A stretch of DNA of 64,000 nt from the human T2T-CHM13v2.0 reference genome, Homo sapiens (GCF_009914755.1 NC_060941.1), one strand, 5' to 3'. Shown: positions 34,216-50,470, numbered from the stretch's first letter. Notes: generated by a model not told the origin, from the letters alone. Translations and numbers: made by a program.

Positions 34216-36358
34216 TAAGCCCTCCCCTGGGTGCCATTTCCCTGGCAACACCTATGCTCTCCCGCGCTGGGGCTTTGCTCACCTGTGCGTCACCTGACAT
34301 GCCCTCCTCTCTGCTCTCGGCTATTAAAATCCTACCTATGATTCACACCTGGCTCCAAGGCCACACCCTCCCCAGCGCCTTCTCTGACCACTCCCACCAA
34401 AAGTGACTTTAGATCCTATTTCATTCATTCACTCAATGCTATTATGCTCCTACTGCATACTGAATGAGAGGATGCCACTGAGGATACAGGAAACACTGAT
34501 CAGGGAGCTCCCCGGTCTGCAAGGGACAGTAGGCAGGTGACCCTCTCATGAAAGGGGCCTCTTGTGTTTTATGGCTGGGCTGGAGCTAAGGCAAGGTGGG
34601 AGTGGGGATGTTTCAGGTAAAGGTGTTGCAAGACAGTGGGTATGAGTCATCCCCAAGTCCTGAGCTCAGCGTGACTGGTCGGGTGGCAAGATGGAGAGGA
34701 GAGGAGAGTGGCACTGCTAGGAAGCCCCCTGTCAGGGAGACAGAATTCCATCCAGGACTTACGTGTCACTAGCATTTTGCTACAAACCAAATGGTCCTTG
34801 GTTGGCGGGAAGCCCAGTCTGGACCCTGGTCCACTGTGTGGGTTTGGGAAACCCCCTAACCTCTCTGAGTTTCCAGTTCTTCGTCTGTGACATCAGGGGC
34901 TGGGTTGAACAGTGTGTGGGTAAGCTGGAATCCAAGAATTCTACCTCTGGAAGGCAGTGCAGCAGGGCGAACAGGGTTCATGGGTCTCAAGGTCAAAGGG
35001 CCAGCTGAGGGAGAGCTGGACTGTGCATGCTTGGACCGGCTGGCTCTGGGCTCCAGAAGGGACTGCCGTGTGAGAATGTGAGTTCCCTGGGAGGAAGTTG
35101 TTGCCCAAGCCCCGCTGGAAAGCCAGACTGCCCTGCTCTCTGGGGGATTCTGGTGGGAGAGGGACCAGGCCCCTTGAGCTCCTGCTTGGCCTTAGCTGCT
35201 GTGTGTGAGCAGAGAGCAGCTCCAGGAGCAGGCTTGAGGCCTCTGGCTCTCGGCCTCCTTCGCAGCTGTCATTCAGACTCCGCAGCTTTCCTGTCTTGCT
35301 AGGAGCCTGCACTACCTCTTCCCACCTGTGGGCTCCCTCCTGGCTGCGCACAGGCCTGGCACCCGCAGGTGTTCACCTGAAGGGTGAGCCCCTAGTGGCT
35401 GGCTGACGTCTGTGGGGATTGGCATGGTGACTTCTGCCCAATGGCCTTGGTGCCTTATCCAGACATCCTCCACACCTCAGACTGGCGGGGCAGAGGCTGT
35501 CAGGGGAGCCCAGCAGTGTGTGTGGCCTCGGGACATGTGGCCTCGGGCTGCCCCCCTGCGCTTTCAGAGCACCTCCTTTGGACTGGAAGGTTTGGGGGCT
35601 TCTGGAATCCTCTGAGACCTGGCTGTACCTCAAGGCCTTTCACACCAGCCCCTTGGAACTGACATCAAGACCCTAAGGCCTCGGGGATTTAGGGGAGATG
35701 GCCAACGGAGTGGGGGCCATGAGACCCACAGGGGTATGGAAGGGCTGGAAAAAATCACAGCCTTAGGGGAGACAATGGCTTCCTGTGCTTCCTGGATTCT
35801 AACGGGGGTCCTGGAGCCTTGCAGCCCACCCCCTGCCCGGTCTCTCCCATCCCTCTCCTTCCTCCTCTGGCCTCGCTCCAGGGTCTGACAGCTGCGGGCT
35901 TGACTCCCAGCCCCACCACTCACTGTGTGCTCTCAGGGAAGTCACTTAACCTCTCAGAACCTCAGTTTCCTCATCTGTAGAATGGGTAGGAGAATAGCAC
36001 ATTTGAACCACAGAGATGAGTGGTTAAGGATGCCTTCCCGTGTCAGGCATGTCCCGTGGTGCCTGGCACGTGGTAAGTGGTCAGGTGAGTTCCACTCCTC
36101 CTGACGTTGCTGTGGTCACCCCGTCCTCCCCTGATGGCAGGCGCTGGGGAAGCAGCTGTGGTCTGCAGAGGCTCAGGCCCTCCTGAGCCGCAGCCTTGTC
36201 TCAGCTCCAGCCAAGAGCTGCAGGAATGTGGCTTGCCATACCACAAACTGCTCTCTCGGGTGACCATGGAGATTCGGACTTCTCCTGTGAAAACTCCTGA
36301 ATGTTAAGTGGAGGTAGTGCAGCGTTGGCAGTCACTGCCCTGCCCGTGTCCCCACCAC

Positions 36359-36805
36359 GAGGATTGCCAGATGAAATGCAGATCAAGTGAGCCATGATCC
36401 CACCACTGCACTCCAGCCTGGGCAACACAGCAAGACCCCAACTAAAAAATACAGATTGTACAGGTTGCCAGTGAACTCTGATTAGGGATATTTATTAATT
36501 TACTTTCATAGGTCACTGTAACCTCGTGCTCTTGGGCTCATGAGATCCTCTTGCACTGATCCCCCAAAGCACTGGGATTACAGGTGTGAGCCACGGCACC
36601 CAGCCTAAATTTGGATTTTTTTTTAGTATAAATACATACTAAATATTGCATGGGACACGCTTATCTGAAAATTTTATTTATTGTTTATTCAATATTGAAA
36701 TTTAATAATAAAATTAATAAATTATTAATTTATGAAGGCCCTGTGTGCCTATGCGTGTGTGTGTGTGTGTGTGTTTATTTTCTCTCTTTATCTCTGGCAA
36801 CGCTA
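36359..36805. mobile_element. MER53 palindromic hAT MITE, interrupted by two Alu fragments and (TG)n
   Basis: Inverted termini GGATTGCCAGAT...TCTGGCAAC and central TTTAGTATAA...TATTGCATGGGACA. Confidence 0.75.
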
Positions 36806-37023
36806 CCTGTGACTCTTCCCATTTCTGAGCATGCAAGCTCAGCTCCAACCATATCTGCACTTTTTGGCCCACAGACCTGCTCTGACCACTGGCACCCACA
36901 GCCAGGAAGGGCTGGGGAATACTCTCCTGAAACAGTGACATGCCTGGCGTATTCCACACAGGGACAGATCATTTTTTAACACTTCCCTTCTCTACATGAC
37001 AAAATTACATTCAATACTAATCA

Positions 37024-37468
<445 letters not shown>

Positions 37469-37666
37469 TCACGATAATGGATAATGACATTATGGTTTCT
37501 ATTTTCAGCTTTCTTTTCTGCAGTTGTGTCAAGTGATTTTGTCAACATTGGTCTTCCTCATGGACTTGTGTTGAATAGCCAGGCTTCAACACAGTGGGCT
37601 GAATAGTCAGCTCATATTCTCTCCTAGGGAATGGATGAGCATTGTTTATTAACTTCAATTTTGTAA

Positions 37667-38033
<367 letters not shown>

Positions 38034-38649
38034 TCTCAGAGATTTTTAAAAATCCCATTTCACAGTACATTCCAGAATGGGCAACATTGTCGAGGTCTTT
38101 ATTTCTCTGGGATCAGTTCTAGCAGTTTTTGATTGCCTTCACCGTAGAGAAATATTGAGTGAAAATGGAAACTCCAAGTGAAAACGAAAACTCTAAGTGC
38201 TGATGAAAGTAACTCAAGCTCTGTCTTTTCGCCCTCACAGCCTCTGGGCTGTAGCTGCTTATTCTGAGTATCCTGCTGGGACCTAAGAACATGAGACCCA
38301 GAGGTTTAGAGACGGAAACTGCACCTGAATGAGCTGGAGAGGTCCTGGAGCATTAGGAATTCACTCTCGAAACAGACGCTTGTAGCTAAATATGCATGTC
38401 AGGGCTGAACCGGGTGGGAGTTTGCAGAACTAACTTCTACATGTACAATATAAAGTTTATTAAAGAATGAATAATAAAAAGTGTGAACTTGGAGCTTCAC
38501 ATATATCATTAAAACTCAACAGTTAACCCTGGAAATATTCTGGAACTTGAATGAACAAAAGATCTAGGAACCTGGAAAACATCTCTGATGATGTTTAGAA
38601 TTGTCTGTGCATGGTAATAATAAAAACACTGATTTATAGTTGGTCATAT

Positions 38650-39538
38650 TGAGAGGTGAAGCCGGTTGGGCTTCTGGGTGGAGTGGGGACTTGGAGAACT
38701 TTTCTGTCTAGCTAAAGGATTGTAAATGCACCAATCTGCGCTCTGTGTCTAGCTAAAGGTTTGTAAACACACCGATTAGCACTGTGTAAAATGGACCAAT
38801 CAGCACTGTGTAAAATGGACCAATCAGCGCCCTGTGAAATGGACCAATCAGCAGGATGTGGGCGGGGTCAAATAAGGGAATAAAAGCTGGCCACCATGTG
38901 CCGCCAGTGGTAACCTGTTCAGTATGCTTCTGTGTGATGCTTGTTTTTTTTTTTTTTTGCTCTTTGCAATCTTGTTGCTGTTGGCTGTTTGGGTCTGCCC
39001 TGATTGTAAGACACCCATGGCAAAGTCTGCAGCTTCACACCTGGATGAAGTCAGCGAGACGGTGAGTCCACCAGGAGGAGTGAACAACTCCAGACCCGCC
39101 ACCTTTATAGAGCTGTAACACTCATCGCGGAGCTCTGCAGCTTCACTCCTGAAGCCAACGAAACCACGAACCCACCAGGAGGAACGAACAGGTCTGGACG
39201 TGCCATTTTTAAGAGCTATAACGCTCACTGTGCAGGTCTGCAGCTTCACTTCTGAAACCAGCGAGACCACGAACCCACCAGGAGGAATGAGCAACTTTGG
39301 TTGCGCTACCTTTAAGAGCCGGAACACTGACTGCGAAGGTTTGTGGCTTCACCCCTGAAGTCAGCGAGACCACGAACCCACCACAAGGAAGAAACTCCGA
39401 ACACATCTGAACATCTGAAGGAACAAATTCCGGACATGCCATCTTTAGGAACTGTAACACTCACCGCGAGGGTCTGTGGCTTCATTCTGGAAGGTAGCGA
39501 GACCAAGAACCCACTGGAAGGAGCAAATTCCAGACCCA
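38650..39538 (+). mobile_element. LTR12 (ERV9) solo LTR
   Basis: TGAGAGGTGAAGCC...CAGACCCA termini, TSD ATAT at 38646-38649 and 39539-39542, U3 CCAAT repeats and tandem 3' repeats. Confidence 0.95.
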
Positions 39539-39566
39539 ATATTATTGTAGAATTCTCTCCAGAGTG

Positions 39567-39838
39567 TGGGTGTGGTGGCTCAGGCCTGTAATCTCAGAGC
39601 ACTTTGGGAAGTCAAGTTGGAAGGATTGCTTAAGGCCAGGAGTTTGAGTCCAGTCTGGGCAACATAGTGAGACCCTGTCTCTGCAAAAAATTAAAAAATC
39701 CAGATGTGGTAATGTGTGCCTGTGTCCCAGCTTTTTTGGAGGCTGAGGTGGGAAAATGGCTTGAGACCAGGAGTTAAAAGCTATGAAGAGCTGTGATCAT
39801 GTCATTGCACTCCATGTTAGGCAAGAGTGACGACCCCC
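39567..39838 (+). mobile_element. AluJ
   Basis: Diverged Alu dimer. Confidence 0.88.
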
Positions 39839-39857
39839 AACTTTTAAAATATATATT

Positions 39858-40118
39858 GTTGAGGCAGAGTTTCACACTGTCCCCCAGGCTGGAGTGCAGT
39901 GGCATGATCTTGGCTCACTGCAACCTCTTCCATCAGGTTCAAGCAATTCTCCTGCCCCAGCTTCCTGAGTAGCTGGGGTTACAAGCGCCTGGCTAATTTT
40001 TGTATTTTTAGTAGAGAAGTTTTCACCATGTTGACCAGGCTGGTCTCGAACTCCTGACCTCAGGTGATTCACCCACCTCGGCCTCCCAAAGTGCTGGGAT
40101 TACAGGTGTGAGCCTGGC
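39858..40118 (-). mobile_element. AluS
   Basis: Alu lying tail-to-tail with the preceding AluJ. Confidence 0.9.
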
Positions 40119-40480
40119 ATAAATAAAATTTTTTAAAAGAATGAAACAATTATCTACAGACAACTTGTCCCTTCATGGCCTGCGTAGGCAGGGCCCTGCC
40201 TTTGGCATCGTCTGTCTGGGGCCAGCTATTCTTTGACGTGAGTTGGGGTAAGTGTGCCAGCTCCCTCGCTCCAGCACAGAGGGACTGATCTGAGCCCTGG
40301 CTTTCCTGGGCAGATGGAGCTCCAGCTGCCCCAGAGGTGTCTATGTCAGTAACTTGCCCCTCCTTGGTTGCTCCTCCCATCTCCCTTCCTCCCATACCAG
40401 TGTTTCCTGGACCACCTTATGAATCAAGTGCTTGCACTTACATCCTGTCTCAAGATCAGTTTTTGGGAGAATCCCAGTCA

Positions 40481-40972
<492 letters not shown>

Positions 40973-42369
40973 TTACTTTTCTAATTTTCCTCTTCTCTGA
41001 GTTCATGTCTCCTTCCAACTCTCCCTCCCCTCCAGCCTCCACAAAGGGAAAACGAAGCCCCCAGATCTTGTCTTTTAAGCCCTCAACCTGACGTCGGGGA
41101 AAGAACTCTGACCTGTCTTTCCTCCCTCTTTCTGGCGTGAGAGGGCCACACTTGGTAGGGGGTATCCTCCTTTTCACAGCTAATAACACAGAAACGAGCT
41201 CCTTGTGCCCGTTGGGCAAGGGCCACAGGGATGGGCCTCAGCCCCCGGCAGAAAAGGCTCCCCAGCTCCCGAGGGAAGTTTGGGAGCAGCCCGGGAGCTC
41301 CCATGGGCAGGCAGTAGGCGTGACGGAAAGAGAAAAATCACAGCTCACACCAAGTAAGGCCTGTTGCTGGGTGCGCTGAACCTTTGGACAAAACTTTGTT
41401 TCACTTAGCAAACCTCCATAACAATGCTTTGAGGAAGCGATTCCCATTTTCAGACAAGGAAACTGAGGCTCAGAAGGCAAAGTCACCTGCCTAAGTTTCA
41501 CAGGGCTTCGGGGGTGGAACACTTACCAGTAGGAATGCTGGCCAGAGCCCCTTCTCTGCTCAAACTCTGCCTGTGGCTCCCACGTCACTCCAGGTAGAAG
41601 CTGAAATCCTTTCCATGGCTCACATGGCTCTGCTTAATCAGTCCCCCACCCTCACCCGATTCCCCCTAAGCCTACCCCCCACCACACTGCCTATTCTTGT
41701 TCCTCAGATAGCCCTGGATCCTCCCGCGTTGGGGCCGCCATCCCTGTATCTGACTGGAGCTGGCTTCCCATGGAAGTAGGTGACCCGCAGCCACCTCCCT
41801 GCAGCCACCAGGTCTCTCCCCACAGGCAGCTTTTCCTTTCGGCCTTCCCTGGCCTTCCTGTTGGAGATCGCAGCCCTCCCACCCACTGACCTCCTGCGGC
41901 CAGGACTCCCTGACGTATTCTCCATCTATCTTACATGGTTATGTATTGGATATCTGCCTCTTTCCAGCAAAACATTGGCTCTGAAAGGGCAGAGACTTTT
42001 GCATGGTTTGTTCACTGTCATTTCCCCGGTGGCCAGAACATCACCTGGCACATAGTAGGTGCCCAATATGTGTTTAATGGATGAATGAGTTGGGACCTGC
42101 ACCCGGGTAGTTTGAACTAAAGTGAACTAACTAAAATGTACCCTGACAGAAACCAAACTTCACTGAATTGTAAATCAGACTTCAGTATTTAAAAAATTTA
42201 TTTTTACTTTTTATCATGGAAATTTTGAATAAACACAAAGTAGCAAGAATAGTATAACATGTCACCCAGTTGCAACAATTGTCAACCCACGGGCAATCTT
42301 GCGTCATGTGCACCTTCTCCCACTTCCACCCTTCCTGTGTTATTTAGTTTAAAAAGTACCCCAACTTTT

Positions 42370-43090
42370 AGCATCTTAGTAGTTTAGCAAAATACCAGTT
42401 CCTGTGGATCAAGAATCTGGGCCCGTCTCATCTGATGGCTCAGCTGAGGGCAGAGCTGCTCCTGAGCTCATTCAGGCGGTTGTCAGTAGGACTCAGCTCC
42501 TCCCAGGCAGGGGGCCAGAGGCCTCCCTCAGTCCTTTGCCAAGTGGGTCTCTCCAGAGGGCAGCTTACAACACGGCAGTGGCTTTGCCAGAGTAAGTAAG
42601 GCGGTGCTGGGTGGGGGGAGTCCAGTTGAGAGGGGAGTCACAATCACTTGTGAACTAACCTCAGAAATGACATCCCAGCCCAGGGCAGTGGCTCAAGCCT
42701 ATAATTCCAGCCCGTTTGGAAGCTGAGGCCAGAAGATTCTTAAGGCCAAGAGTTTGAGATCAGCCTGGGCAACTTAGCCAGACCCCATCTCTACCAAAAA
42801 AAAAAAAATGAAAAAAATTAGGGGGTGTGGGTGCACACGCCTATAGTCCCAGCTACTCAGAAGGTTAAGGCAAGAGGATCACTTGATCCTGGGAGGTTGA
42901 GGCTGCAGTGAGCTGAGATTGCACACTGCACACCCGGCCTAAGCAACAGAGTGAGACCGTCTCAAAAAAAAAAAAAAAAAAGAGAAGACATCCCATGGCT
43001 TTTGTGGTATTCAGTTCATTTGAATCAAGTCCCTAGGTTTGGCCTACACACAAGGTGAGAGATTGCACAAGGGTGTGAATGCCAGGAGGG
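42370..43090 (-). mobile_element. MLT1 LTR with nested AluJ (42677-42981, +)
   Basis: MLT-like GTTCCTGTGGATCAAGAATCTGGG and CAAGGGTGTGAATGCCAGGAGG. Alu TSD GACATCCCA. Confidence 0.7.
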
Positions 43091-43509
43091 GCCCTAGCCC
43101 ATGCCTCCTAGAGAAATGTGGGCTCCTGGATGCAGGGCCCTGTGCGTGAACGCTCACCACAGCATTGCCACAAGGCAGAGGCTTTGTGCACCACGGCGCA
43201 TCCCCCCAGCCCTCCTGGCCCAGCAGTGCTGTGCTGCGGCACTGCCTCCACCCTGCCTGTGCTGTCCTCTGCTCTTCTGCCTCTGGGCTTGCTCAGCCCC
43301 TGCAGGTACAGGCTGGGTTTGTGAGGGAGCTGATGTTCTTAGGGGCAATCTTGAACCGATGGGAAAGTGAGTCTGTAGATGAGTCTCTGACCTCCATCCT
43401 ATGCATTCTACGTAGTGCTTCATACAATCCTTGGTGGGGTCAAGCTGCCAGTGCCAACAGCAGTGAACACCTTTGCTGGGCACCCTGCGTTGTTTCTGGA
43501 CTCTTCCCC

Positions 43510-43975
43510 TGTTGTGGCCAGCTTCTGAGATGACCTCTGATGAGCCTTACCTCCAGTCTTCATGCCCTGTGACGCCTGTGGTCTGTTTACCTAGTGGAGT
43601 AAGGTGGAGGTGATGGTGTGTGACTCCCAAGGCCGGGTCACCGAAGGCATTGCAGTGCCCTCCTGCATCTTTTGGATTCTCGCCCTGGAGAATGCCAGCC
43701 GACGTGTTGTGAGGACATTCAAGCACCCTGTTGAGAGGAACTGAACCTCCAACTAACAGCCATGCAGATGAGCTTGGAGACAGACCTTCCAGCCCCAGGC
43801 GAACCTTCAGATGATGGCAGCCCTGGACAATGACTGACAGCAAACTCACAAAGAAAGCTGAGCTGGAACCACCCAGCCAAGACCCACAGAAGCTACAAGG
43901 GATAAATAAAAGATAACTGTTGCTTTAAGCCATCTGCTCATGGGGTAATTTGGTGCATGGTAGTAGATAATAGTG
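43510..43975 (+). mobile_element. MLT1 LTR
   Basis: GAGAGGAACTGAACCTCC...CCAGCCCCAGG, 3' end TTGCTTTAAGCC...AGTAGATAA. Confidence 0.75.
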
Positions 43976-44598
43976 AGACTTTTATTCTCCTACTTCCTCC
44001 GTCTTGCTTCCTGAGAGCACCTCCCAGACCAACTGCCTGCACCCAAGCCTTTGTCTCAGCTCTGCTTTCAGGGGAATTCAAACCAACACAGTCACAGTGA
44101 AAACTTAGGGTCAAGATAACGTCTATCCACAAGACACTCGATGAACTGTGGTATTGTTATTCCACTGACCCCAAACAGCAGTGAACATGAGTGACCAAGA
44201 ACTACCTCAATCAGCTAGGAGAGGTCCCTAGCACCTAATGTGAAATGAAAAAAATCAAGAAGCAAGAAAAAAGAAGAATACCCACAGTGAAACTCTCAAT
44301 AAAAAGTTTCCAAACACATAGTTCCATTATTTGCACTAATGCTTATGGGCACATATGTATGTAGTGGTAAAAGCACAAAAGCTTTTGTGAGATGAGCAAA
44401 CGCCAGAATCAGAGTAATGGCCACTTCCGGGGATACAAAGAGAGGAGAGACTGGCTGGGAAAGGGACCCAGGAGCACCATGTATTGGAATCCTTGGTGGA
44501 GAATTGAAGCAGATCTGAAGATGAAGCTTGTTGGTGAGTGCAAAGCTGTGTGTTATATAATTTTCTATGCCTGGTTGCATATTCATTGTTGCATTTAA

Positions 44599-44888
<290 letters not shown>

Positions 44889-47224
44889 ACATTTAATATT
44901 TTTTAAAATGAGGGATGAAACATACAAAGGGAACTTGGAGGTCTGATTCCATTTCAGCCGCTGGTTCCGTGGCCTTCCAGAGCACTTCCCAAAAGGTACC
45001 ACTCATGGTCCTGCCTCAATGACTTTGCATTGGCTGTTCCATCCCCAGCGATACTTTTCCACCAGAGAGATGCCTGACCTCATTCTTGCCCTTGTGTTCA
45101 GAACCACAAAACACTGTATATTGTAAAAATGTCCCGTTTGCTTATGCCTGAGTGAATGGGTTTCTGCTGCTAACCCCCTGACCAGGCACAGAGCAGTGGT
45201 CTTTGCAAGGATGGGCCTGGGGCCTTTGGGTCATTCCTCCTGAGAAATGCTGCTCAGGCCTTTGACCAAGACACAGGAAAAAGGGAGCAGAGATGCAAAC
45301 ACAGATATGCAGCAACCACTCTGCCCAGATTCACCTCGGCTTCCCCCTTGGCACTTGCTATTTTCACAGCTCTCCAAGGCCATTAGTGACAACTGTGCCC
45401 TAAGTAGGTCACAGCGATTATCCCCCTTTTAGGGGCAATCATCATCATCATTGTGAGGCCGCAGGTTGGTGTTTAGTGTCCTGCTGTTCCACGAACTACT
45501 TGGACACTTGACAGCACAAAGCCCTTCAGAGAGGCCAGGGGCAGCAATCTGCTCTTTCCTTTTTCCAGAAGGAACAGAGGTTGAGAGAGGGTAAATGAAC
45601 CCCCTGCCCTGCCAAGAAGAGTGTCAAGTGGGCTTTGGGGAGGGGATGAGTCCCCCTCAGACACTGTGAAAAAAAGGATGGTGTCCTCTGTGCCCAGGAT
45701 CTGGTGTTGGCACCACAGACCACCCCCTTCCTTCAGAGAACGTCTCCTCTGTCCCTCCATGTGGTCCTGGGGAGGCTGCCAGGCCAGCTCACCGCCACCC
45801 TCCCTGCAGTGGGGAGCAGCCGGTCCAAATGGGATCATGAGCCACAAAGCACACAGGAAGTTGGAAATCCAGTGGTGCAATCAGAAGCAGAAAAACAAAA
45901 CCCCCAAATCCAAGTGTCTCAGTGGACCACAAGATAAATTCAAGTTGGCAAGATAAAAAGGAAGGTTTCGCTAAGTGTTATTTAAGAAAAACAAGCAGGC
46001 AGGGCTCAAATTGGGAACAGAATGTGTGGGGATAAGCAAAGCTCTTCTTCTTGTACATCCCACAGTTTCCAGAGAGGAGGACAACAAAAATGCCTTGAGC
46101 ACTTGAGGTGAGGACCTGGAGGAAAGGTTCAAGAGACCAAAGGCTTGCAACCTGGAGCAGAGAAAAGCACAGCCTCGCTCTGAGGCCCGCCCTTAAAGGC
46201 TGTGCCCTGGGCCCTGCCAGGCCCCACCCAGGTCTGGCCCTCACTTCCCTCACTGTTACACATTTGCCTTAAATTAAAAGCAGACCTGCACACAGCCACC
46301 CACCCGATCCTAGGGGCTGACACCATATTTTATCTGCCATTCTTTTATTTTTTATTTTTTTATATAGGAAAATGGAGACCCAGGAAGATGCACAAACTTG
46401 CCCACAGGTCCCAAGGCTGGCTGGGACTCTGTGGGACTTGAAGCCCAATGCTGGAGCCCACGTCCCTCACTGCTACTCCCTGCTGCGGCCCTGACTCACC
46501 CCTTCCAGCCTGCCCACTACTCTCAGCCCTTCCAGGCTGCCCACTACCCCGCCTGATGCTGGGTCCTAAGCCTGTGGGCTCCGGCCCAGCCCAGCTGTGC
46601 GTGGATCATAGAGTTGAATGGTGGCTCACTGGTCTCCCGCTCCCACCCCTGCCCCCACCCACACACTGCTAGTTTTCCTTCTAGCAGTCAGAGGGACGCT
46701 GTTGAAAGTCATCCTCCTTCCTCCCCACAAACCCTCCAGGGCTCCCACCTCCCTCAGGATGAGGCCAGAGTCCTCCCACTAGCCCCCGTGAGTGCTCTGG
46801 CCTGGTGGCATGCCTGCTCCCCTTGCTGCCTGCTCATTTCATTCTGGCCACTCACGGTACTGCCTCAGGGCCTTCGCATTGGCTGTACCCTCTCCTGCAA
46901 TGCTTTTCCACACTACACAGACAGAACTTGCTCCCTCACCTCCTTCAGACTTTGTTCCACTGCAGCATTCTCAGTAAGCCTTCCTCGAGCGCCTTGTGGT
47001 AGAGAGGTACAGAAATACCCTCTAGGGTGGGAAGAAAAGCAGCCAGCCTGGGGCCCCAGTCAGGGCCTCAAGATGTGCCCTTATGTTGCTCCGATCCTGC
47101 CCTGTCTCAGGGTGTGCCCTGCTCTCAGATGTGCCTGCCGCTGACGACCATTCCCACTCCGACAAGGAGGCTGCAAAGGCTGTAGCACCCAGGGATGAGG
47201 ATGAAGCATTTTTATTCTTCCCAC

Positions 47225-47674
47225 TGTAAGACGAAGTAGCATGCGTAAGAAGCCACGTTGGCTCATTTCTGCTTGAACCCCTGACTCTGTGACAACGTGC
47301 AGCTCTCTGGAAAGATGCTTTGAAGGCAAAGCAGGATGAAGCGCCCGGCCCCGCACGTCTCTTGCCTGAGTCACTTGATTCCTTAAAAGAGAAGAGCTCT
47401 AGTCCTTGCCTTTCTGACAGGCTTAATGACGATGCCTCTGCCATCTATAACCAGAGGTGCTCTTACACCCACACCTTGATGGGCTGCTGCTTCAACGTAA
47501 CTTCTGAGCAAGTCCGATGTGATTTTGCACTTGCTGAACCTCCACCACCTGTATGTAAGCCGTGGGCTTCAACAGAACTGCCCTGAGGCAGTAGATGTGG
47601 TCTGGAGTCCTCAGACTCCTGAATGAAATGAACTTTAGTTCTTCGAAAGCTTGATTTTGTTTTCGTTGTCAACA
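47225..47674 (+). mobile_element. MER34-family ERV1 LTR
   Basis: TGTAAG...GCTCATTTCTGCTTG...CCCCTGACTCTGTGAC...AAAGATGCTTTGAAG...TCAACA matches the recalled consensus. Confidence 0.65.
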
Positions 47675-48451
47675 CTGGGAAATTGGGCTTAGAGGGGCTT
47701 CCAGGGGCCTCTTTGCCCTCCAGCTTTCCTTGCCTCCTCTTGTCTCCTGATTTGCTCTTATGTTTCTCTACCTTCCAGGAACCCGAGTTGCTAAGCTCCT
47801 AGCTCCAGCCTGTCCCACCAGCGGGGGCTCCAAGGGGCTCAGGCTTCCCAGAGTCCAGTGCCCACATAGCAGACAAACCCACATCGTGTGCCCGAGTCTC
47901 CTGGCCTGGTTTAGGCATGTGATTACACTCATGGGGTCTGTGTCTCTTGCTCGGATTTAACCACATACCCTCCCAACCCGCCAACTAGGTTTCAATGCAA
48001 GGGAAGGCCAGATCCCTGTATGTCATGTCTAACCCACACACCCACGTGAGCGCATGTCTGTGCACATGGAGCGTGTGTCTGGGGTCCCGATGGCAGTGTT
48101 TACACAGGAACCTCTGTCCAGTGAGCAGGCACACACGCACGTCCTGGGCATCTGGTGCTAGAACTCTCAGGAGTGAGAATGGGGTAAGGGGCAGAGAGTC
48201 CTTTACAGTGGGCCACCAGGGCACCCCCACTGGCGGCATGGACCCACCCCCTCAGGGGGCATAGAAAATATCTGGAGCCTAGGTTGAGGGTATGAACGTC
48301 CCCAGGGAGAAGGAAGGTCATCAGTGAATGTAGAGTGGGCAGAGTTGCCCCTTCCAGGGGAGTGAGCAAGGGGCACATCCCGTCAGTGCTGGGTCCACCG
48401 AGGGCTTGGGGGCTGCCATTAGCCCATGTGGTGCGTTGTGTGAAGGAAGAA

Positions 48452-48466
48452 AGCGCCCTCTAATGG
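48452..48466 (-). promoter_or_regulatory. CTCF-like motif, reverse orientation
   Basis: Minus strand CCATTAGAGGGCGCT, one mismatch to the core. Confidence 0.4.
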
Positions 48467-48939
48467 TGGCTGCAGTCCCAAGGGTTGCAGGGCTTGGCTA
48501 GCGGAGCATGGACTGAATGTCAATGAGCACTGCGCCTTTGGCAGGATGCCCTTGGGCAGTGCACAGCCTGTACCGCTGTACAGGGCATCCGTGGGGGAGG
48601 CGGGACTTGTGGAGACACATCAGACCAAGGTCAGCTCCAGTGTGAATGGGGGAAGTGAGGGAACCCGAGGGCAGCAAGAGGTGGAGAGGCATCCAAGAAA
48701 GGCCCAGAGGATATGTAGGCTGGGTCCCCACCAGCAGTCACGTGAGTGCCTGGCAAGACCATGAGTCAACATCCCAGCACTTGGGGTGGAGTGAGGTCCA
48801 CACACTCACTCCTCTGGTGCCACCACAGCTCAGGGGGCCTCTTGTCTGCACGCTGAGCCAGGACTGGCCACGATGGAGGGGGCCAAAGAACAAGAGAGCC
48901 CTGCTCTCTAGTTAAAGAGAAAATATGCACCCACACGGA

Positions 48940-49995
<1,056 letters not shown>

Positions 49996-49996
49996 T

Positions 49997-50290
49997 CTCA
50001 TGCCTGAAATCCCGACACTTTGGGAGGCCGAGGCGGGAGAATCACTTGATCCCAGGGGTTCAAGACGAGCCTAGGTAACACAGCAATATTCCATCTCCAA
50101 AAAAAATTTGAAAAATTAGGTGGGTGCGCTGTCATGCACCTGTAGTCCCAGCTACTGGGAGGCTGAGGCTGAGACAAAAGGATCACTTGAGCCTGGGAGG
50201 CTGAAGCTGCAGTGGGCTGTGACTGTGCCACTGCACTCTAGCCTGGGTAACAGAGAAAGACTTGCCTCTCTTAAAAAAAGAAAAGAAAAG
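49997..50290 (+). mobile_element. AluJ
   Basis: J diagnostics, 5'-clipped. Confidence 0.88.
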
Positions 50291-50470
50291 ATCAAGAAAG
50301 CAGATGACCAACGGCCACAAAAATTTGCAGAGCTTCTTGCAGACTAGGGAACACAAGGCTGGTGTTTAGAATAGTCACCAGCTGGCCTCATAGAGAACAG
50401 TCTGAGCCCACCTCTCCCTGATGGGTTGTGGGGAGGCCTGGGGTCCTGGAAGAAGGCCGTGTGGCTCAGG

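Noticed and set aside
38700-39520. Regularly spaced repeats that superficially resemble a CRISPR array, plus a 159-aa ORF
   Set aside because: These are intrinsic LTR12 tandem repeats in a eukaryotic context with no unique spacers.
38650-39538. LTR12 as the promoter of the RPL13 retrocopy
   Set aside because: It is oriented away from the minus-strand retrocopy, so this would need antisense activity across 7.5 kb.
46614-47144. 176-aa ORF
   Set aside because: Lies largely over L2-like decayed repeat, with a non-ATG start and no domain.
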